DNA of 64,000 bases, from positions 124,001 through 188,000 of the forward strand of contig JBLDXI010000029.1 in assembly GCA_047495785.1 (NCBI GenBank), given 5' to 3'. The position numbers were made by a program, and so were the translations under genes. Positions 13,498-26,856 of this stretch are shown here, one piece after another; within the stretch, counting starts at the first letter, position 1; every line of letters begins with the position of its first letter. Origin of the DNA: Lepidodermella squamata (Eukaryota; Animalia; Gastrotricha). Under the pieces are notes generated by a model. It was not told the DNA's origin and searched no databases. It saw only the letters and a list, made by a program, of their open reading frames with translations.

Positions 13498-14684
13498 ATG
13501 CTGACCTCTCATCGAATTTTGTTTGCATCGTGCCTTCTCGCCGTCGCCAGCGCCGTGCCGTCGTCGATCGAAGCCGAGCTGTCGGACGACAACGGCGACG
13601 ACTGCGTGGTGCACCAAGAGCCGTGCCTCGGCGCCGACGGCCAGCTCGACTCGTGCACGTACCTGCACTGCGACGGCGACGACGCGAATGCCGAGGCCGT
13701 GATCGCGAAACGCGCGACCGGCTTCATGCGCGTCGGCAAGCGAACCGTCTCCGACAACTCGGGCATCGATGCAGCGGCCGATGACAGCAACAGCAACGAC
13801 GACAGCAGCAGTGACAATGAGGTCGAGGCGGCCGACGACATGTCGGTGGACGCCTCGAAGCGCGCCACCGGGTTCATGCGCGTCGGCCGCCGGCGCCGGT
13901 CAGCTGCTGCCATGATTGTGCCAGCTTTCAAACGCAGGTAAGACCAAGTCATTTTTTGTCATTTCAGGCGACCAAAGAGAAAATGTTAAGGTTTACAAGA
14001 AAAACTAATCCACAGGCGATTCAGTGCATGCAATTTCGGCTTAAATTTTTACATTCAGGAAACTATTTTCAAAGTGCGGTTCGCCAGTTTTTTCTACAAT
14101 TATTCGATTTTTCAGATTTTTACATGATATCTTCGAAATTCCAATTTAATAATTTTTTGTACGAAATTTCATTCGAAACTTTACCTTGAGGACATGTGTT
14201 TAAGACAAATTTTCTCTTGATTTTGATCCATTAGGCGGGACAAAATTTGAACGCCCTCCCTCGTACACAATTGTTCGGAGCCGGGTTTCATTTTTTATTG
14301 CGAATTACCTACCAATTATTTAAAAATAAGTCGCACTCAACGCGGAATATAACGCCTCGTTTCCGCAACCGCGCCATTGAAAATTTCCCGAAACACCTGG
14401 CACCTGGAATACTACCTAATAAGTGCTTTAAGTTCAAAGCTAGTCAATACTTATATGCGAGACGTATTTGAATTTTAAGAAAAAAAACTGAACAATTTTG
14501 GCTTTTTTTACGGCGTAGCAACTTGATTAACTTTTTACTGATTTTGTTTTTGTTTTTCATGAACAGCAAATCGGTTGTGATGCTGATCGAGGATTCGGCC
14601 AACAATGGCAATAGCAACAAGCGCCAGTCGAGCACCCGGGCGTCGCGGGCCTCCGGCTTCATGCGGGTCGGCCGCCGGCGTTGA
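13498..14684 (+). CDS. FxRIamide-family neuropeptide precursor (ATGFMRVamide x2, ASGFMRVamide x1); exons 13498-13937 and 14567-14684
   Basis: Signal peptide MLTSHRILFASCLLAVASA; KR-ATGFMRV-GKR, KR-ATGFMRV-GRRRR and R-ASGFMRV-GRRR-stop; acidic spacers; a phase-2 GT-AG intron joins the exons in frame. Confidence 0.9.
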
Positions 14685-15639
14685 TTCTGCAATACGCAAT
14701 ATTGTATCGCCCATCTATAGTCTTCTTCTTCTTCTTCTGGAACGGGATCGCCGATCTCGTAGCTGCGAGTCTATACAATACTTAGACAATAATTAGCCGA
14801 CTCCTCTCCGATCCTCGCACCAATAATTTTGAAACTATTATATACCATAGTGTGACTTGTAAATTTGCCAATAAATTTTCTATAACATCGTCGACTGGCT
14901 CGCCGGTTTTTCACTCTTTTACACTAATTACTACTACGACTTAGCACCCTTTATGAATTCTTGATTCGAAAAATCATGAATAAATTCAAGATATCCAAGC
15001 TGCTATTGGACAACATTAATAACTTCGTTTGTTGTTGATCGTAGAAACCCGAGGCAGCCTTTGAAAGTATCGATATTTGAAGCTGGAATCTTCAGCCAAG
15101 CCTGGAATTAGGTTCCCGAAAACCTTTCATCTTAACGTCTACTTTACTTCATGCCAGAAACCTCTTCGAAAAGGACCTTATTATGGTAGGTGGAACCTTC
15201 GAAGCTAGGATGCTTGATCCAGCATTGACGCCAGTGTTGAAGTCGTGTAAGTTCAGCCCGCTAACTCGATTATAAAAAAAACCCAAAGATTCATCAGCTT
15301 TCATCAATCAGTTTAAAGAAATGCATTATTTTTCTCAATTTCTATTGTGTCCGGTAGAACAATCCGGTAAGTATCCGGCTTAATTAGCTGCTGCTGCTGG
15401 TTGCTGTTTGTCACATTCCTCAATTATGACTCGGGTGGGCGTCGTGTATTACGCGCTTGTTTTTTACGCAGTCTCAGTGTCACGCACCTGGCCGGCGATA
15501 ATAAAGCCGGCAGTTTACCACCACCATACCACTCCTGTACATAGGATAGTATTAGGATATAACTAAGAGTAAATGGCCGGTACCGTGCTCGCTATAATAC
15601 TTACATGTCATGTACCATCATAAGTATTTAACGAGGTAT

Positions 15640-16500
15640 ATACGTGGTGGTGGTGGTGGTACGTATATAGCTAAATAGAAGAAAAGGCGGAGTGTAGCTG
15701 CAATGCGGCTGCAGCGCGGCCTGCTAATAGGCCAATGGATGAGGTAGCCCGGCCGCGTTAAACACCGCCGACGGCTGCTGCTAGGCCTGCGATTCGATCA
15801 ACGCATCAGCCTCAGACGCGGTCTATTATGATTATCTGCTGCTCGTACACACATGCATACACACATAGTAGAGCAACGAGCGAGCGAGCGAGCAAGAGGG
15901 CGGGCGGGCGAGCGAGCGGGCGGCAGCGGCAGCGGCGGCGCGGGCATGGAACAGCTGCGCCTGCTTTTTTCAGCAGCAGCAGCATCGGCGCGGCGTGTAG
16001 CCGTTGAAGAAGAAGCGCTGCGCTGCTGCTGCTGCTGCTGCTATAAGACCAAGTCTTAGGCGTGCGTATAGGTGCGCGCACGCAACGCACAATCAGGTAC
16101 GCGCGATGATTGTGCGCAGCGAAAAAAGGCACGCCGCTAAATGGCAGGCAGGCAGGCAGGCAGGCAGCGAGCGCGCATCGCACCCATGATGATGATACCA
16201 CGGCTTGGTTGGTTCGCTCGTATGGCATGATCGCTGCTTACTAACTGCCTCGCTGCTAAGAATAGACCAACGTGTAGGTATGCTCGAATACAATGCTGCT
16301 GCTCATCGTGCCTATAATACTCGCTTGTATGTATGTATACATGCATATATGCTTGCATCTTGCTTGAGAGTGTAGCAGCAGCAGCAGCAGCAGCAGCAGC
16401 AGATGCATGGCCTGATTCGTGATTCCCGATGCATGTGTACGCTTGTACGCCCATGTCTCTACATGTGTGTACGTGTGTCTGTACGCGTGTGTGTTCATCC
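15640..16500. repeat. Microsatellite-rich region: (GGT)n, (GAGC)n, (CAG/CTG)n, (GGCA)n, GT-rich tracts; possibly the 5' regulatory/UTR region of the PTP gene
   Basis: Visible simple repeats, e.g. (CTG)n 16022-16042, (GGCA)n 16143-16166, (GCA)n 16375-16401. Confidence 0.7.
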
Positions 16501-17502
16501 AGCACCACTACTAGAGCACTTAACACGTATCGCGCCGCCTAATTATCGCCAATCACCGATACATCGAACTCGACTTGTCACACTTCCGCCACTTCATAGG
16601 TTATTCAGCCGGCAAAACGATGTTATTAATACGAGCACGAGTTTTTATTGTTCCGAAAAAATGCACCACCGTATCCTGGAATACATTTTCGCCGGAACGT
16701 TCGCAGTCCAATTTTCCGTTCTAGATTTCGATTTTCAGATTTTTTAGATATGCCGGAAATAACGCTGTAATTTTATTCAAAAGCTTGAAGAATAGCAGGA
16801 AGCAAGACCGCGGAATTACGAATCACCGCGATCATTTCATGATCATTTGCCGGTCTCGAATATCGTCTCATTATTTCATGAAATTTCCTGAAAACTTCGG
16901 AATAATTTGGGCTGCCCAGACGCGATTGTCTTTTTAGGATATGAGGAACCATGTCTCCAGTGAGTTTCTCTCTACACAAACTGACTCATTAGAACGGTAT
17001 GAGAGGTAAAGGTACCAATTTTGGCTAAGAGTTGTTGCATTTTTTCTCCAAGTTATTCCGCTTACAATGTTTGGAAATCTCAAGAACCCGACTAATTTTG
17101 GTGCCAATCGATAGTTTTCATTCGATTATGAATAAATAGGTGCATCAACAATTTTGTTGTTACGTTCGCAATCTCATCAAATGTACAATGATGCTGCTCT
17201 TGTTCCGCTTTTTCAGCTGAAAGATTGACCCAATTTATTTTGGTGGTATGATTCATCACCTGTAATTGCAAAAAATTACCGATATTTTTTCTTTTACTCA
17301 GTATTATTAGGTATTTAATATATATATAGATAACAATTACGCGAGCTTTCATTTTAAAGAAATCGAAAATTAGCAGAGTGTGTGTGTCGATGAGCGAGAC
17401 GCGCATCACCATCAGCAGCGTCACCACGAAGCCTCGGAGGCCGCACCGGACCGACTGAATCATCGATAACCAATCGCTTTATTACTTAACTCATTTATCG
17501 CA

Positions 17503-20500
17503 ATGGACGACCAGGCGGCGGAGACGCCGTCACCCCTGGAGCGGTGGGTGCGCCAGGTGACGCGGCGAGGTCCGACGACGGTGGCGGCGGGCGTGACGGC
17601 GCTGATGAACGTGACGACGCCGCCGGTGATTGGCGGCGGGGCGGCGGGCTTGACGAATTCGTCGGCGATGGGCAACGCGACGCAGCACCGGCACCACGAC
17701 TACGACTACGACGGGTCTTTCCTGCGCTGGACCATCATCTGCTCGACGATCCTCGGCATCGCGCTCGGCTTCGCCACCGTGCTCTACGTGCGCCAGGCCA
17801 CCAACTGGGACTACCGCGCCAAGATGCGCAAGCTCATCAAACAGCGCAAGAAAGAATGTACGTCGTCGACAATGAACGCACCCATAACTGCGTTTTTTAC
17901 CGGCAGATTATTCGCACCAAAATTATCTGAAAAATTAACGAAAAATCGGGTAGATGCAGAATGTTGGGTTTCGATCATCCAGTTTTGTCATTCGCTCGTT
18001 TTCCAAAATTTATTAGGAAACGTTTACCAGCTAGAGTAATTCCCTATTCTACGCGAATAGAATCTGGCTCATTATCGAACTTGGGATTCCGAAATTCATC
18101 AAGTTTTAAATATGGGATTCTTCCGATCCGCTTATTTTAAGATGTTAAATTCATAGTTTTTTAATGCTATTTGAGCCTAAATTTTGGTGACATTTTTTAT
18201 AATAATTAATTAGCTTTGAAACTGTTTTGAGAATCTTCTGAAAGTCCTTGGCAAGTTTAACGAGATTTCGGAGATTTTTTTGAGACTTGAGAAACAGATT
18301 ATTTCTGAAATGCTCAAAAAACCAAACGATGATACGGTTCCGAAGTGCGTTGAGAAACGTTCAGTAAAGAGGGTCCCAAATATGGTTCTAAAGTTGAACT
18401 ACCTCTAACCTCTAACTCGACTTACTTCAGGCAATAGGGTAATTCTAAACATCAGTACATAATTTTCGGAAGAACGTTTATTTTTGAAAATGCGAATTCA
18501 CACGATAAATCAATTACCTATCGATCGATAATCAATTTTCAGCATTATAGAGTGATTTTATGGTTTTATCGAATTCAGTTTTAGTCAACTTGAACACTTT
18601 TTTCAATTTTCTTTTTATTTTTAAATATTTTGTTATTCTCCTCGAATTAGATTTGGAAAATCGTAAAATCCGGCGAGTTCGCACGAAATGGCAGCCGCCA
18701 GATGAATTTTTAGAAGCGGCGTCGACGCGCCAGGAGCAGTTGGAAGCGCTGTCGCAGAAGATGAACCCGGTCGACGCGGCGGCGGTGACGAACAAGGGCC
18801 TGCTGTACGAGTACGAGAACCTGGGCCGGCGGCCGGCGGCCGGCACCACGCACTACACGAGCTTGAAGGCGTTCGAGCTCGCCGGCAAGAACTTCATCAA
18901 GGACTGCCTGCCCTTCGACCACAACCGCGTTAAGCTGCCGCTGGACCCGTCGGTGCCGTGTTCCGACTACATCAACGGCTCGTTCGTCGACGGGTACTCG
19001 CGGCCGAATTTCTACCTGGCCATTCAGGGCCCGTTCGAGGCGTCTATTGTCGACTTCTGGCGAGTCGTGTGGCTTCACAAGGTGAGATTTCCTCAATTTT
19101 CATAGCTTTTTCCTTTGTTTTGATTATTTGCTACCTAAAAAAATTCATATATCAGAATCTAGGAATTTTCCACGAAGATGATCGAAACTTAATTCTGTCG
19201 ATGTGAATAGTGATTTTCCCAGCGATTTTCTCCTATCAAGAGCTTGGAATAGGCCATTTAATTTACTTGTCCTCGATTTAGCCTGGTATTGACCTGGTAT
19301 TTCTTCTCATGAAAAATGCTCACGTCTTCACTCAAATCTCAAATGTTGCCAGAACTATTAAATTTAGCGCTGGAACCTCAAGTTTAGAGGTTCAAATATT
19401 TAGAACCTATATTTTCTCAAATCACCAGTGGCGAAAATGGATTCTTTAGGGGAAATTCGATAATTCTTATTCGATAGCTATTTGTTAAAATTTCCCACAA
19501 AATTTCCTTCCCTGATGAAGAAAATGTAACGATTTCTTATTTTTTATTCTAAAATTCGGTTAGAATTTTTAATGGTAATATTCGGAAATTACACCGAAAC
19601 ATCGAATTGACGGTTTTACCGGTTTTAAATGGACTCCGAAAATTTGGGTTTCAAATTGAACCCATTATTTCCTATTATTTAGCATAGGTTTGCTATCGTT
19701 TTTTTATTGGTATTCGCTTCAATCTCCTCGATTATTTGCTTATAAATGTTACGATTTTTAACATGTTATGATTTTGACGCTTTTTGCGATTTTCAGGTGC
19801 GTTGCATCGTGATGCTGTGCGAGCCGTTCGAATTTGCGGCGCGGCAGTGCTTCCGCTACTGGCCGGACAAGTCCATGTCGTACGACGACATCGACGTGCG
19901 CTGCGAGTACACGCACCGCACGCTCGACTTCACGTACCGCAAGTTCAGCGTGTCGCACGCCGCCTCGAACCAGACGCTCGACGTCATGCACTTCCAGTAC
20001 AAAAACTGGCCGCAGTTCGGCCAGCCCGACGTCTACACGTTCCTGCAGTTCGTCTACCTCGTCCGCCAGTACAACCCAGACCTCAAACAGGTAAATTTTT
20101 ACCAAATTATGCCAAATTCAGCTCAGCCAACAAAATCGAAGAAATTTTAAAATTTATAAGAATAACGAAAATTCTGAAAAATATAACTAGAAAATTTGAA
20201 AAATGGATTTCAAATATTCCACCACAAAAATTACATGAAAAATGGAAAAATTCGGAATTTCGCCTATTTTTGTGATCCTGAGGTTCGAAATGGTTGGGAC
20301 GCGTAACCGGGCATGGGTCCAGCGGAAAATAACCCGAATAATAAATATTCCGAATTGATTTTTCGTTTATTCTATTCTTTTTCATTTAGGTGGTTTGCCA
20401 CTCGAAGACGGGCTCGTGCCGCACGGGCCTGTTCATCGCGATCGACTACTGCATCGAGTCGATATTCACGGACAACATCGTGAACGTGCACGAGACGGTG

Positions 20501-23500
20501 CGGCGGCTGCGCCAGTGCCGCGCCGGCCTCGTCGGCACCATCGAGCAGTACCTGTTCATCTACGAGGCCGTGCGCGCCTTCCTGCTCTCCGGCATCACCG
20601 ACGTGCCCGTCAAGTACTTGTCGAAATTCGTCGCACTCATGGACGCGCCGATGAACGGCAAGCAGGAGACCGGCTTCGAGCAGCAGTTCCGCATCGTCGA
20701 CTCGCTGCGGCGCAATCTGTCGCAGAACGACTCGGCCACCGGCATCATGAGCGAAAATCGATGGGTCAGCCGTGATGCCACATGTTTACCACGTGAGCGC
20801 CTTCTAATATTTAAAAATTGGAAAATACAGAATTATTTAAAAAATGTGGATTGGTATTTGGAAATGTTTTTAATTTGATTTTTTTCCAGCTGACGAGTAC
20901 CGGGCACATCTGATAACGGGTCGTAAAGGCTGCCACGACTACATAAATGCCGTCATCGTTAACGTGAGTTTTCAATCCTATTTCAAAATTCGATTTTTCG
21001 CCGATTTATTGATCGATTTTAGCCATTTATCGATTATCGATTACCGATCAAGAAATTACTAAATTGTCATCCTTTCGACTGAATTTTGAATCTGTTTTTT
21101 ATTCTAATTTTTTTCTGAATTTTATAGAGTTATTTGAGGCCGAACGCGTTTATCGTGACGCAATGGCCGATGCTGACGACGATGAAAGATTTCTGGCGCA
21201 TGGTCTACGACTACGGCATCGTGTCGACGGTCGTGCTCAGCGACGTATCAACCGGCATTCGCTTTCCCAAGTTTTGGCCGGTGAAGCGCGGCAAGCGGCA
21301 ACTCTTCGACGTCGTCTCGGTCAATCTGGAGGCGAAGGAGAAGCGCATCTGGGGCACCGAGTACGCGTACACGATGCGCCAGTGGGAGGGCTTCGTCGAC
21401 ATGAAAGCTGTCCTCATGAAAGCAGGTTAGCAGATAATTCTAATTTTCGAAATGTTCCTGAATTATTTTACGATTTTGTCTAGGCGAATCTGGTGCGGCT
21501 GTGCCGAAGGGTGAAGGTCGCACTCAGGCGAAATGGCTGTCGAAGCTGTTCCTCGTGAACGGCTGGCGGCCGGGAGAACCCGAGGCCGACCGCGACGAGT
21601 CTCTCATCGATGTGCTGCTCGAAGTTGAGAAATGGCAGAAAGAAGCCGGTCCTGAGAAATTCATCGCCATTGTATCGGTCGATGGCGCTCAGCAATGCGG
21701 CGTTTTTATGACCCTTCACATGGCCCATCAGCAGATGGTCAACGATTTTAAGGTAAAAAACAGATACTTTCAGTTCGGCGATATTTTTCTTAATTTTAAA
21801 ACTCCGAGTTGGAAAAATTGAAAATTTCTTCATTTTTGGATTTTTTATATTTCAAATTTTCGATCAGGACTATATTTTTTACTGCTTTTTAGGTTGATAT
21901 TATGTCGTCTGTGCTGGCGATTCGGCGGAACCGGCCGCAGTTGGTGCCAACGCGGGCCGAGTACGAGTACTGCTGGCGGCTGGCGGCGGACCTGCACGCG
22001 AAACTGCGCGAAACCGGGTCGTTCAGCGTGCCCGACGTGCACCAGACGTCGATCCCGGGCCTGTGCGCGTCGCGCTGCTGGTTCTGCATGAACCGCGAGA
22101 AGCTGATGGCGGCGCCGACGCCGGCGTCCAACCACAAGCCGCTGGACAAGACGCGGTCGGGGGCGGCGGGCGGCGGCGGCATGCCGCAGGGCCAGTCGAG
22201 CCAGCCGAACTTGCAGGCGCGGCGGGCGACGCTGCACAAGCAGGAGACGTCCACCGACGTCGAGCAGGAGCAGATGTTCAACTACCTGAACAGCACCAAC
22301 CCCGCGTATATGGCGCAACAAGGTATGTACACGTAATTTTCTTTGAAGACACTTTGAAAACTCGATTATTCGAAATTCTAATGGACAATCGCACTTTCTT
22401 GAGATTAATTAGAAATATTAGTTTAGTAGGGATTTTTGAAGGTTTGCCAGTTGGTAGGCTGTACACCTTAAACTTGGGGTTCCAGCGCAAGGCTCCTGCG
22501 CTATATTTTCGTGAAACATGGGTTTCCAATTTTCAATATTCCATTGCCAGGCCCAATCGATAGATTCCTTTTTTGCGCTATTGGAGGTTATTTTACGAGT
22601 TCTATTTTAGCCTGCAGAGACGGAATCTATTTAAAGCATCGATTCGAAAAATCAGCGATTTTTCCGATATCAGAAGCTTACTTCGAAAATCACTCTAGAC
22701 ACTCTAACTAGGTTAGGAGGAAGTTAAAAATAGAAAATCCTGCGAAGAAAACCAGGGCAATTTAGACCCATTTCTTAGTTATTTTAAGTGATAAAAAAAT
22801 TGAGAACTTCAAGTTTGAAGTTTTTTGGTCATTTAGGCCCCGCAAAATTTTGGCATTTCTCATTTTTTCTTTGATTATCTTAGGTCAACAATTGGCGCCA
22901 CTCCCATCACCTGTGTTGTCTTCAGTAGCGGCTGGGGCGATGAGCGAGGACGAGCGGGCGCCGTTCTTAGTCCAGCCACCCGCGCCCATGGCGTCGCCCG
23001 TGCACCCGTCACCCGTGCACCCGTCACCCGTGCACCGGGGCTCGCTGCTGCTCACCGTCATCCCGCCGGCGTCGCCGATGCAGTCGGTCATCAGCAAGCG
23101 CACGTCGTTCACGTTCCAGGCGGGCGGCGGCGCCGGCGGCGACCCGACCCCCGCCGCTCCCGCACCCACGCCCTCGGACGCGTTCATCACCATCGAGACG
23201 GGGCCGCCGACGCCGCACCAGTCGCCGCGCAACACCGACGGTGGGCTGCACCTGATGATGCCGCCGCCGTCGCCCCGCCGCTCCGACTTCTCGTCCGGCG
23301 CCATCGACCAGCCTCCCTCGTCGCCCCCGCCGTCACCGATGGCGCGGCCGCCGTCGTTGCGCGGCCCGCCGCCGGAGGAGGACGACGAGGCGGCGGCGGG
23401 TGGGGCCGGCGACGGGCTGCTGATCGTCGAGGCGCGGGTCGAGCCACTTCCAGAAATTCCACAACGCGAGACGTCGCCGCAGCGCCCGCCGATGCTGAAG

Positions 23501-23563
23501 CAGGCGAGCCGGCAGCCGGCGTTCAGCCAGCGCTCCGAGGACGACGCCGTCTTCCGGCCGTGA
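17503..23563 (+). CDS. Receptor-type protein tyrosine phosphatase-like protein with tandem PTP domains, predicted pseudophosphatase; 9 exons
   Basis: Exons ~17503-17857, 18651-19081, 19797-20090, 20390-20792, 20890-20963, 21128-21425, 21484-21752, 21893-22322, 22884-23563. TM helix WTIICSTILGIALGFATVLYV; PTP motifs DHNRVKL, DYINGSFV, IQGP, DFWRVVW, IVML, HFQYKNWP; D2 motifs DYINAV, TQWP, DFWRMVYDY; Pro/Ser-rich tail. Confidence 0.88.
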
Positions 23564-24628
23564 CACCGCCACGCTTCAACGCATCCTCCACTTCACTTCA
23601 CTTCACTCTCATCACTTCACACACCTCGAACCGCAACAAACCCCGTGCCCAAATTATACGTATCTCATTACTCATCTCTCAATTAACCCACTAATTAAAA
23701 TGAATCATTAATTAATTAATTAGTGGGTTAATAATGTTTATTATTGTGTACAATAAAATGTTAATTTTTCGATTTGTACAGTGATTCCGATTTTTGTGCG
23801 TCTTGTTTCACTCATTCATTCTGATGATACGCGAAGAAGAGAACAATCGAATTTCACAGCACCTCCACGCCATCTTCACCAAAATGTAACTTATTACGTT
23901 ATTACTATTTAAGACACCGCCTTGAATGCTCCTGATGAAAAGGCTCATCCTCTGCTGATATTCTCATTTATTCATACGAGCCTATTTTCTGTAATAATAC
24001 TGATGATAATACTCGTGTAAATGTTGCTATCTCGCGCACCTGTCGGAATCTGTCGGATCAAAAAAACAATCACCGCGCCTTCGAATTGATTATTATTGTA
24101 TAAAAAATTGAAATTTCTATGTTATATTGATGTCTATCTGTCTGTCTGTCTGTCTGTCACTCACTCACTGTATGTCTCTGACGAAAAACAGCAGCTCGGA
24201 TAATGAGCTGTGGAAGAAGCCGAAAATCAAACAATAAAACACGACGAAAAGTTGTTAACACCTGTGCGTCTTTGTTTCTTTGTTTTGTCAAGGTGTTGCA
24301 AATGCGGATGGGCGGAATTAGGTCAGGTAATGGAAAATCTGTTGCGGTCAATCAAACATAAGGTATTATCGCGCTTGCCAAGTCCCCCCCATCGGCACCC
24401 TTTGACCAACCTATAACCCCCTTGAAACATGCTGTTATGAAGCTTACGAATTGTTGGGCGCAACTTTTGCGATAGCTTCCAATGTCTCTGGACTAATCCA
24501 CGCTCAAGTGGAGAAGGTCAAAGTGGACGCAAAGGGGTACTAAACTTTTCCGGAAATTTCATACTTATTTTTAGCCACTTCGTAGGCTAATTTTCTCGAA
24601 TTTAAAAGTAGGTCAGGAAGTAATACTA

Positions 24629-25448
24629 ATGCCGAAGTCCGTCGCCGATCGTCGGTTATCGATTTCGATATCGATTGCCGCATTGGGACTGCTGATATCA
24701 ATACCTATTTACATATCAGCCTTGCGGTGTTTTGAGTGTACCGGGACGCCGGATACGTGTGAGAATGTCAAGGTGCTGGTGACGTGTCACGAAAACCAGG
24801 ACTACTGCAAGACGTCGTACAACGCCCGGGTCAACTACCTGCGCCAGCACTGCGCCATCAACTGCAACGACGAACCAGCAACCAACTGGACGTGTAAGCA
24901 ACACAACTTGGATTCTCAACATCTTTCACAAAATTTAGCAAAATTTTATTCCATTCACACCAGATCAGGAACATAGCTTTTGGTTGAGGATTAAATTTCC
25001 GATTTGCTAGTGGTTTCATTTTTAGAATTCATTGTGTGACCACTTTTTGCTATGTGCATGACTTCTCCATACAAAAGCATTGGAGAAAAAAATTAGAACG
25101 CGCAAGTGGTCACACAATGTTTCCGAAAGCTAGGTACATTGTATGTCAAGGCAACAACGGAAAATTCGAAAATTTAAACTGGCATGGGGCAACAGCGAGC
25201 TATTTTAATTTTCGAACATTTTCACTAATTTTTTCAGCCACGAGATGAAATTCGAATGATTTCTTTTCGCAGACTGTTACAACCACAACTGCGGCAACTG
25301 TTACCGATCGCAGTGCAACCTGCACTGCCCGCGAGAAAGCGTCGAATTCGTTCTGGCCGGCCATGCAACCGATACGAGACACTCCTCGGCTTTGACTGCC
25401 GTTCTCCTTTCGATCTCGATGTCCTTAATTCAATTCCAAACTGAGTGA
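24629..25448 (+). CDS. Ly6/uPAR (three-finger) protein, probably GPI-anchored; exons 24629-24893 and 25273-25448
   Basis: Signal peptide then LRCFEC; 12 Cys, ending C-x4-CN-x2-C; hydrophobic C-terminus ALTAVLLSISMSLI; AATAAA at ~25512. Confidence 0.82.
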
Positions 25449-25735
25449 CTTCAAGCCTTGTGTTATTCTGCTTTGGATCCTAGCTTTGTTGAGATTTACC
25501 TTTTAAAACTGGAATAAAATCATTGCGATGTCTTTCGTCCCTCGAAACCCAGTCTTTTTGTTTTACAAAAATGTTGGAAACTCATGGTTTGAAAAATTCT
25601 TTTCGCTTTTATTAAAAAACAAGAAACACGGACAAATAAATCATGAGCACATGCGGACGAATCAATTTAAGGCATCGTTTATACTATTCATTGTTATTGC
25701 GTGGCGATGGAATGCAGATGAAAATAGCAGCTAAT

Positions 25736-26856
25736 TCAGGCCGATTCGGTGGCTCGGCTCATCTCCGCCTTGCCATCACCGCCGCCGCCGTTTTCCTGAT
25801 GGCCATTTTCGACATGTTGCTGCTGCTGTTGTTGCTGGTGGTGGTCATCGTTGTTGCTGCTGGTTGTTTTTTGCTGCTTTTTCGCCTGTTTCCCCGAGCT
25901 GTTGCCAGAGCTCGGCTTGTAAGTCGAAGCGGGCATGGGAGGAAATCGATTTCTGAAATTCAAAAATTCATAAATAAATGTTTAGAAATTTTAACAAAAA
26001 ACGGAATAATTTTTCTAAATTTTCAAATAAATCAAATTTTCATACAAAATAAAGAAATGAGATTGATTTTTTTAATAAATAATGTTGAAATTTTGCTGTG
26101 ATCCGAAAGAAATTAGCATACAAATGAGAAAATCGGGAAAAATGTCGGAGAAATGTTGGAAATTTCGGCTTACGGTGCGACGAGGAGAGCTTTCAAATCG
26201 CTGATTTCACTGAGCAGCCGGTCGTCGTGACCCAGCTGACCCGATGACGACTCGCCCGGCAGCAATCGGCCATTGGCCAGCACAGCCAGCGACTCGCCGA
26301 GGGCCTGCTGCCTCGCGACCACGTCATTCAGGGTGACTAGAACCACGTCCAGTTTCGCCAGCAATTGCTCGCTAGAAATCGACGCATCACCAGCCGCCGA
26401 CGCCTGTTGTTGCTGCTGCTGCTGCTGCCTCGCGTTATTCAAGTACGGGTTAGTTGAACTCGGACCGCGGGGCCGTTTACTCGTCCGCAGGCCGAGCACG
26501 TCTTCGATGTAGGGCAGCAACAGGCGTTTGAACAGATAACCGACTACAGCGACCCCGGACGCCACTTTGACGAGCCGCCATACGAAATTGACTAATCGAC
26601 TGATCAGGCTAGGCTGTGCGATTTCGATAACTGTCGATGACGATTGCTGCTGGGTTGAGAGTTGCTGCTGTTGCTGTTCGGCAGCGGCGACCAACGCGCG
26701 TTCGATCGTCGCCCGATCGATGCCCTTATCGATGAGGAATGTGATTTTGCGCTCATCTGGCAGGCCGTACACTTTCGGGTTGGTTAGAAATTTCACTGCC
26801 AAATCGAACTGCTGCCGCTGCTGTTCGTCGCCGCTCGAATTCGAATCGCTTTCCAT
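25736..26856 (-). CDS. PEX14: Peroxisomal membrane protein PEX14; exons 26856-26174 and 25952-25736
   Basis: N-terminal domain AVKFLTNPKV...RKITFLIDKGI...IERAL, hydrophobic segment, coiled coil, and EISDLKALL...NRFPP across the splice junction. Confidence 0.88.

Noticed and set aside
15000-15270. Minus-strand SGLNLHDF stretch reminiscent of L1/Tx1 ORF2
   Set aside because: One short motif among stops; insufficient support.
15812-16747. ORFs of 60-138 aa in the microsatellite region
   Set aside because: Low-complexity translations of simple repeats with no domain signal.
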